DNA of 58,916 bases, the filler included, from Basidioascus undulatus (taxonomy: Eukaryota), in assembly GCA_000826855.1 (NCBI GenBank). It is 6 parts of 6 records of this genome, joined end to end, with 100 filler letters (N's around TTAATTAATTAA, not from the genome) between each part and the next. Parts side by side here need not be neighbours in the genome. Positions count along the whole stretch, not along the records: positions 52,635 to 58,916 come from JTLS01001770.1; 5 more parts are not named here. One strand, given 5' to 3'. The position numbers and the translations under genes are program-made. The notes below the pieces were generated by a model, which saw only the letters and a list, made by a program, of their open reading frames with translations, made no database searches and was not told the DNA's origin. This document shows positions 52,693 to 58,916 of the stretch, piece after piece (within the stretch, counting starts at the first letter, position 1; every line of letters starts with the position of its first letter).

Positions 52693-53685
52693 ATATGATG
52701 AACTTTTCAGGTTGTTTTATTAATACAAACTATAAATAAGGCTGGAAGGAAGAGAATTACAAAAGCGCGCTGGGGTACAAATGTTTTAGTACGTTTACCC
52801 CGCTTCATTCTACAGGGTCCATGAGTCGTTGGAAGCGGGCTTTCTGCTAAAGGCAGCTGGGCACTCAAGGGTTTCCCATGGCACCCAGCAGCATGAGCAT
52901 TCAATCTGGTCGCTGCAAGACGCCGCGTACTGCAAGAGGTTTTGTTTAGACCTGAATGGTCTGCGAAGTAGTCCCCCAGCCCATTACCCCTTGAATATCG
53001 CGAGCTGTGAGAGGCGCAGTAGTCTCGCTGGTTGTCTACATACTGCAGGGCGTGGAGATTCTGCGACGAAGTCCTTCGTATTAGTTGTTAGGGGGTTTCT
53101 TTTCTTATTTTCAGTTTAACAGACCCTTAATGCCCAGTCGAAGCAAATCACGTCGACACAGTTGCAGTCGGCGCACCGAATTCGCATGGCAGGCAGCTAT
53201 TGGCTTTGCGAGACACCGCTGGTTGCTTGAAGTACCACTCTTAAACATTTTATTTCAGATCTACTTAGAGAGGCCTCATTTTTGGGAAAATTTATAGGAG
53301 AGCTTGCTCCCGACCGCTGCGAGAAGCCGCCGCCTCATGCAGAGTTAAATGATGGCACCGTTTCTCAAGATTCTTCGTGGAAGTATTACGATCCGCAACC
53401 AATGGGTAGTCACTACCTTCAAACCTTTCAATACGCCTGTTGTACACAGATAGTCAGATGTAAAATATGGCCCACAAGGAGGTCAGGCTATTCGGCCTGT
53501 TGCCCGGCCAAACCCACAGAGTCAAAAGACGGCTCCGGCGAACGCTATCGCCGGGCGAAGCCCTCCCCTCCTTGTCCTCTTCAACGCCCTCATCTCCTTC
53601 GCCATCCTCATCTTCGCAAGTAGTCCTCATTGGAATATCTGGCAGACCTCTACTGATAGTGTAGCTACGACGTTGGACCAGAATA

Positions 53686-54632
53686 ATGCCCGCATTCGTC
53701 GCATCCCCGGCCGAGACGCCTGGTGTGGACGCGGCTCACAAGCACCGCGGTCGCTGCCACTGTAATGTGCGTAGGCTTCCTGAGATTGGACTGAGGAGAG
53801 AAAATATACTGAATCTTACAGGCCATGCGCTTGCGCATATGACAGGCAGCCCGATTCACATTCAGCTTACCTGAGCTGCCCGACGCCTCTACGCATGAGA
53901 TGGACATCTTGGAGTGCAACTGCAGTGCGCTGCTCTCCTTGTCATCTAGACAGCACATACTGCAGCTTACTTTGGCGTCTATGGTCGTCCGTACCCGTGC
54001 GAATCTGCACAGGGCAAGTACAGGGCTTGACTGACAAGCGATTCTCCTGCTGACTTGACGTGGCATGGCTATTATGCCTGGCCCTGCTGGAACAGCATCT
54101 GCTGCATGAAGGTTTGTCAACATCCCACTTTCCAGCCCTGCCTGCCTTTCTCAGGCAACCACCACCTTACCCGGATGCTGTGGCGCAGCTTCGCTGACTT
54201 CCCCACTTGGATTGTGTGCCATCTGGAATGACCTGATGCAGGGTTTCCTACACCTCACGCTTCCGCAATCGCTACTCAAGCTCGAGACATCGCCTGCTGC
54301 TCTGACTACGTACACGTTCGGAACGCACACCGCGCAGCACTACCACTGCTTGACGTGCGGCGTCTCGCCGTTCTACATCCCGCGTTCGCACCCGGACTGT
54401 TACAGCGTGCGTCGGGCTAGAACATTCCTTTCACATTCGTGGACCAAATCATCGAGACTCATAGTTTTCAAATCTATACGCTGACGGTCGGCTCTTTCCG
54501 CGCCACAATGGACGTTCCTTCCAGGTCAACTGGCGATGCGTCGAGAAGGAGTCGTTCGAGGGGTGGCAAGTGAGGATAGTCCCGTTTGATGGAAAGAACT
54601 GGGAGAAGAATGTAGGGAGCATTCGGAAATGA
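53686..54632 (+). CDS. GFA / CENP-V family zinc-binding protein (six exons, one of them 1 nt)
   Basis: HRGRCHCN|AARF, ECNCSICCMK|GFLHL, YTFGTHTAQHYHCLTCGVSPFYIPRSHPDCYS|VNWRC, FDGKNWE. Confidence 0.93.
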
Positions 54633-55085
54633 ATACTGCGGTAGTCTTACTCTGCGAAAAATGCCATGTTGAAACAACGATTAAGCACTGCAGTCGCCGA
54701 CATTCGCTCGGGTGATACAAGTAGTGTCTAAGGGGTCATGCACTCTTGAAAAGAGTTGACTTGAACCTTTATCGTTCCTGTCCATACGTCTTCGAATTCA
54801 AAAGCCGAGGTGCCGGGGATGTTGATAGCGTTGCCCGAGCTCTGCTTCGGCCAGGCAATCCCAGGTCTTCTTTCAGAGGTTCGGTACACGCCTGTGGGCT
54901 AGGAAATGCGAGAGAGAATACTTCCTGCGCCATTCAACATCAATCGCAGAATATCATGTCAGTATTTAGCGACTTCCCATGCACAGGCTGGACTGTCACT
55001 GTCACGTGCGAGCGATCGCATGGCTGCGATCGCCCGTTGCCCCTTGCCTTCTCTCCTTGACCACTCGTATCGCCTTTATCACCCC

Positions 55086-56225
55086 ATGATCCTCCCATAT
55101 CAACCGCTCCTCTGCCTGACGTGTTTCTCGACGCCGAGCAAGCAGGACCTCGCGTCCTCCGCAATCCTCACGACGCCGTGCTGCGGCGGGCTCATCTGCT
55201 CGGCCTGCCTTGCGCGCTGGCCGCGCCTCGCGACGTACGATCCGTGCTTGAAATGCGCGACGGGCGTGGGCGTCGTTGAGCGTGGGCGTAGGAGGACCGC
55301 GAAGCGGAAAAAGGCGAATGCTGCCGGGAACGAAATGGAGGGGGAGGGCGACGAAGGCGATGGGAGGTTCGGGATCGGAGGCGAGAGCGATGAGGAGGAC
55401 GAGGATGGGCTGGGCGGTGGCGAGGAGCCCCCACCTGCTTATGAGGATGTTCAGGGCGAGGAACTTTTAAGGCCACAGGTGTCGGAGGCGTCTGTACCAG
55501 ACGCGGCATCTCCATCTCCTGCCGACGACGGGCCACCCTCCCCACCTTCCACGACACCCGCCCCTTCCCCTCGCGCACCCTCACCTGCGGGCCGACCACC
55601 GACACACAAGATTCAGAAAACCGATACCCTAGCCGGCGTAGCGTTGAAGTACAAGCTCGACGTGCGCCCTCTCCTCTTCTCAACGTTTCCGGCCGACCCC
55701 TACTCACTCCTGCCCTGCTCTCAACAGCCCCGCGACCTAGCGCGGCACAATTCCCTTCCACCCTCAACGCTCAGCACTACCCCGCATCTGCTACACACGC
55801 GAACCGTCCTCTCCCTCCCGAATCCCACGCTCCCCGCGCTCCCGCCCACCCCCGCCGAGCTCGCGCGCCGCGAACGCGAAGTCGCCGCGAAGCGCTTCGC
55901 ATCGGTCAGCAAGGAGACGGACCGGGACGTCGTGCAGACGTATCTTGGTCTAGCGGAGGGAGAGGGGAAGAAGGAGGATGGATCAGGAGGTGGAAGGCTG
56001 GAGGAGCGCGCGCTGGGGAATTGGGCGGAGGATGAGGAGTGGGAGGAGAGGGAGAGGAGGGACGGCAGGGACGGGAAGGTGCAGCGATGGCCTTTCGCTG
56101 AAGGGCCGTGTCAGGTGGGTGGGAAGGGGAAGGAGAAGTGGAAGGGGTGGGAGGGAGGCGGTGGATGGTGGAATGCGTTGCTGGGTGTGGGAGGAAGCGG
56201 CGCTGGGCATGTGAAGGACGGTTAG
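55086..56225 (+). CDS. intracellular LysM (CBM50) protein with N-terminal Cys-rich RING-like cluster
   Basis: CLTC..PCCGGLICSAC..PCLKC; PPPAY; LysM HKIQKTDTLAGVALKYKLD|PRDLARHNSL..LHTRTVLSLP; no signal peptide. Confidence 0.85.
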   Translation: MILPYQPLLCLTCFSTPSKQDLASSAILTTPCCGGLICSACLARWPRLATYDPCLKCATGVGVVERGRRRTAKRKKANAAGNEMEGEGDEGDGRFGIGGESDEEDEDGLGGGEEPPPAYEDVQGEELLRPQVSEASVPDAASPSPADDGPPSPPSTTPAPSPRAPSPAGRPPTHKIQKTDTLAGVALKYKLDVRPLLFSTFPADPYSLLPCSQQPRDLARHNSLPPSTLSTTPHLLHTRTVLSLPNPTLPALPPTPAELARREREVAAKRFASVSKETDRDVVQTYLGLAEGEGKKEDGSGGGRLEERALGNWAEDEEWEERERRDGRDGKVQRWPFAEGPCQVGGKGKEKWKGWEGGGGWWNALLGVGGSGAGHVKDG

Positions 56226-56830
56226 AGTCAGAGCTGCGCAGATGTGATGATGTGTTCCACGGTTCGGATTCGTGTAGTCTTTCATCCTTGGACAACGCGG
56301 GTCTCGGCCTGATGGACTGAGAACTGACAGAAGCGTGTGTGCTAGGTGCTTCTCCGTGTGCATTATGCAGTCTTGGGACCGTGCTCGATGGTGCTGGGCC
56401 TTGAAGTCCAGGAATCGCAACTTGACAAGGAAAATAATAGAAAGAAATCGCAGCCATCCAATGATCATGGGAGAATACAATCATGGACATGCATCGTCAG
56501 GTTGCAAAGTCCCCGGCCCCCGTCGCAGCCACGAGTCGCCGCTTTGCTGCTTTGCTGCTTTCCTCCACCAGGTTTTCATCATCCGCCATGCTTTGCGCGA
56601 ATTTGCAAACAAGAGGAACACATGTGTAGGCCCGAGAGCGAGATCAAAGTACAGTCCGGGCTATCTAGACAGACAAGGGAAATGAAACCAAGCGCGAGAT
56701 CATGATTCGCAAGACCCAGAAGAAAGGTATCGGACACGATAAAAGGACCCCAAAAGACGTATACGCGTACACCACTACAATCTGTATATTCAAACATCGT
56801 CCGTTCCATCCTTCTACTCCCGGCCATCCC

Positions 56831-58916
56831 TCACCAAAGCTGGGGCACCGCGCGCGCGTCCGCCTGGCCCTGCGCGGACGGGTCCATCTCGCTCGGCAAA
56901 AAGAACGCCTCGGTGCCCATGCTCGGCAGGCCGAGGTCGCCGAGCGTGCTCTCCTGCAGCCAGAGCGGGAGGTCCGCGCCGTTGCCCGTGGCGCCGACGT
57001 CGAGCCCGAAGCTGGCGAGGAGGTCGCGCGCGGACGCCCACGAGTCGATCCCATTCGGCCCGACGGGCGTGGGCGCGGGCGCGCCGAGGAAGGGCATGGA
57101 GGTCATTGGGATCGTTGTTGGGGAATAGGCGGGCGCGGCCGCGGAGTGGAAAGAGAGGGATGTGGATATGGATGGGGAGGGCGCGGAGGTGGGGAGGCTG
57201 GAGGCGCCGGAGGAAGGAGAGTTCGCGAGGGGCTTGTTGGATGCTGAGGGCGGATTGGGCGAGGCGCGCCGGCGCGCGTGCGCGAGCATGAGCCGCAGCG
57301 AGCGGGCGTAGCGGCTCGCGGGCACTGTGCGACCCAACGAGATCGACCGTCAGCGCCTATCGCTCTCGCTTGCCCGAAGTGCGAGAGTGGGAGGGCGGGA
57401 GAGGTGGAGAGAGGGAAGAGACGAGGGTAAAGGATAGGGGAAAGGGAGGGCGTACTCTCCGCCAGCAGCTTCGCCAAGCTCTCCACGCGGTCCATCAACT
57501 CAGCCATACTAAGCTTCATCTTCTCCGGGAAAAGCTTCCCAAGCCTTAACAGAAAGCTTCCCGCAAATGCCGCACACACGTGCGTATAATGCACCGCTGT
57601 TCCCCGCCCGCACGACCAACCACACGCATTCAGTCCGTTGCGCCTGTAAGCCAAGACCCAAGCAACGCAACGCACCAAACTTCAGATTACTCCTGTACGC
57701 GCCGTCCCGCAGACAGTGGTCGAGGCAGTTCTCGGCAGCGGCCATCGCGCGGCGCGCGACCTCGCGTAGCGCGGGCGGCATCTTGGCGACATCGTCCGGC
57801 CCGCGGATGACGCGGAGCGCGACGGCGTGGTGGAAGAGTTCCGCGTATTGCCGCTGGACGAAGAGCGACTGCGCGAAGAAGTCTTGATCGGGGTGCTTGA
57901 GCTCTGTCGGCAACCTCTCCCATCTTCAGCTACCATCCCTTACCGCCGGTGGGGAGAAAGAAAGGAAGACGCACTCAGGTACTCGTTCCAGTTCTGGTAC
58001 CACGCCCTATCCCTCCCTCTCATCAGCTGCTATCCCTTCCCCCCCAGACCAACGGAGGGGAAAGCACGCACTCGAAGTCCGCGGTCGCCTGCCTGAGCGT
58101 AACAAACACGTTCTCGTCCGCTGCGTCGAGGGGCTGGAGCTGCTCGTGCACACGCGCGCGGACCTGGAGGAGCTCGGCGGTGGAGACGAGGCGGACGTCG
58201 GTCGGGATGGCGAGCGGGTGCGCGAGAAGCGCGCGCGCGTTCGCGATGCCCTGATCGTCCCGGATCTGCGCGGTCCGACCGGTGCCGAAGCTCAGCCTGC
58301 AACCAAAACACCCCATGTGTCAGGACCTCGCCATTACTTCAGAGAGAAAGAAGAGTCGATCTGGAGAGGAGAGTAAAGGGGGAGAGGGAAGCGCCCACGC
58401 ACTGCTGCTCATGCAAATACAGACACAGCCAGATCCTTGCGCGCGTGAAGAGCTCGCGCTCCTGCTCCGGGTCGCTCGCGCGGCCCTGCTTGCGGAGGAG
58501 CCGGGGGATGGCCTTGTCGAGGCCCATCTCAAGCGCGCAGCGCACAGCGTGCCCACCGATGAGCCAGCCCTGGGCAGGTCCACCACCAAGGTCAGCGTCG
58601 GCCTACAGGAAAGGGGGAGAGGGCGCGCACGTTGTCTTGCCATCCGGCGAGGATGATCTGGGAGTGGCGGGGGAGAAGGAAGGTTAGCCGGAAGGCCGTG
58701 AGGACGCAAGAGGAAGACGGAAGACAAAGACGCACCATAGCTTGCACCGCCTCCTGCCGCACAACGGGGAAGAATAGCGACGCGCGCGCGATCTCACGCG
58801 CGGAGGCCAAGCACTTCTGGTAGACCTCGCTCGGCGGTCCTGGAGTGCACTCAGCCAGAACAGACGGTATCAGATTCTGAGTGCAGAATGGGGATGGGGG
58901 GGGGGGGGGGGGAAGA
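56831..58916 (-). CDS. fungal-specific transcription factor domain protein (Zn2Cys6/PriB-like), C-terminal part
   Basis: EAVQAM|IILAGW..GWLIGGHAVRCALEMGL, RARIWLCLYLHEQQ|LSFGTGR, DVRLVS, AVHYTHVCAAFAGSFLLRL. Confidence 0.9.

Overview
Intron-rich, GC-rich fungal nuclear DNA (Basidiomycota by intron signals and gene families). The window is not contiguous: six contigs are joined by an artificial 100-bp linker (N44-TTAATTAATTAA-N44) at 6323-6422, 12742-12841, 19149-19248, 25556-25655 and 52535-52634, so adjacency across gaps means nothing. Reading spliced gene structures by hand gives about 20 protein-coding genes. They include an FAD monooxygenase, 14-3-3, Tag1-like, DUF726, SRP19/Sec65, serine dehydratase, MetR-like bZIP, peroxisomal epoxide hydrolase, a secreted SBP56/methanethiol-oxidase-like protein, an NTF2-like protein, U2AF65, mitochondrial uL23, nucleoside hydrolase, GFA/CENP-V, a LysM protein and a fungal transcription factor. 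There are also many decaying accessory genes (NucA/NucB DNase, BCS1-like ATPase, opsin-related protein, two F-box-like genes), tRNA-Ile(AAT), a partial tRNA-Thr(AGT) and a 630-bp CACTA-like non-autonomous transposon. Three RNA-processing oddities stand out: (1) an apparently circularly permuted tRNA-Arg(ACG) gene (3' half, 1-nt spacer, 5' half, T6 terminator; split exactly at 37/38); (2) a [D1,2] spliceosomal twin intron in the nucleoside hydrolase gene; (3) a single-nucleotide exon followed by a GC-AG intron in the GFA gene. Family assignments are from recognised motifs; no database search was run.
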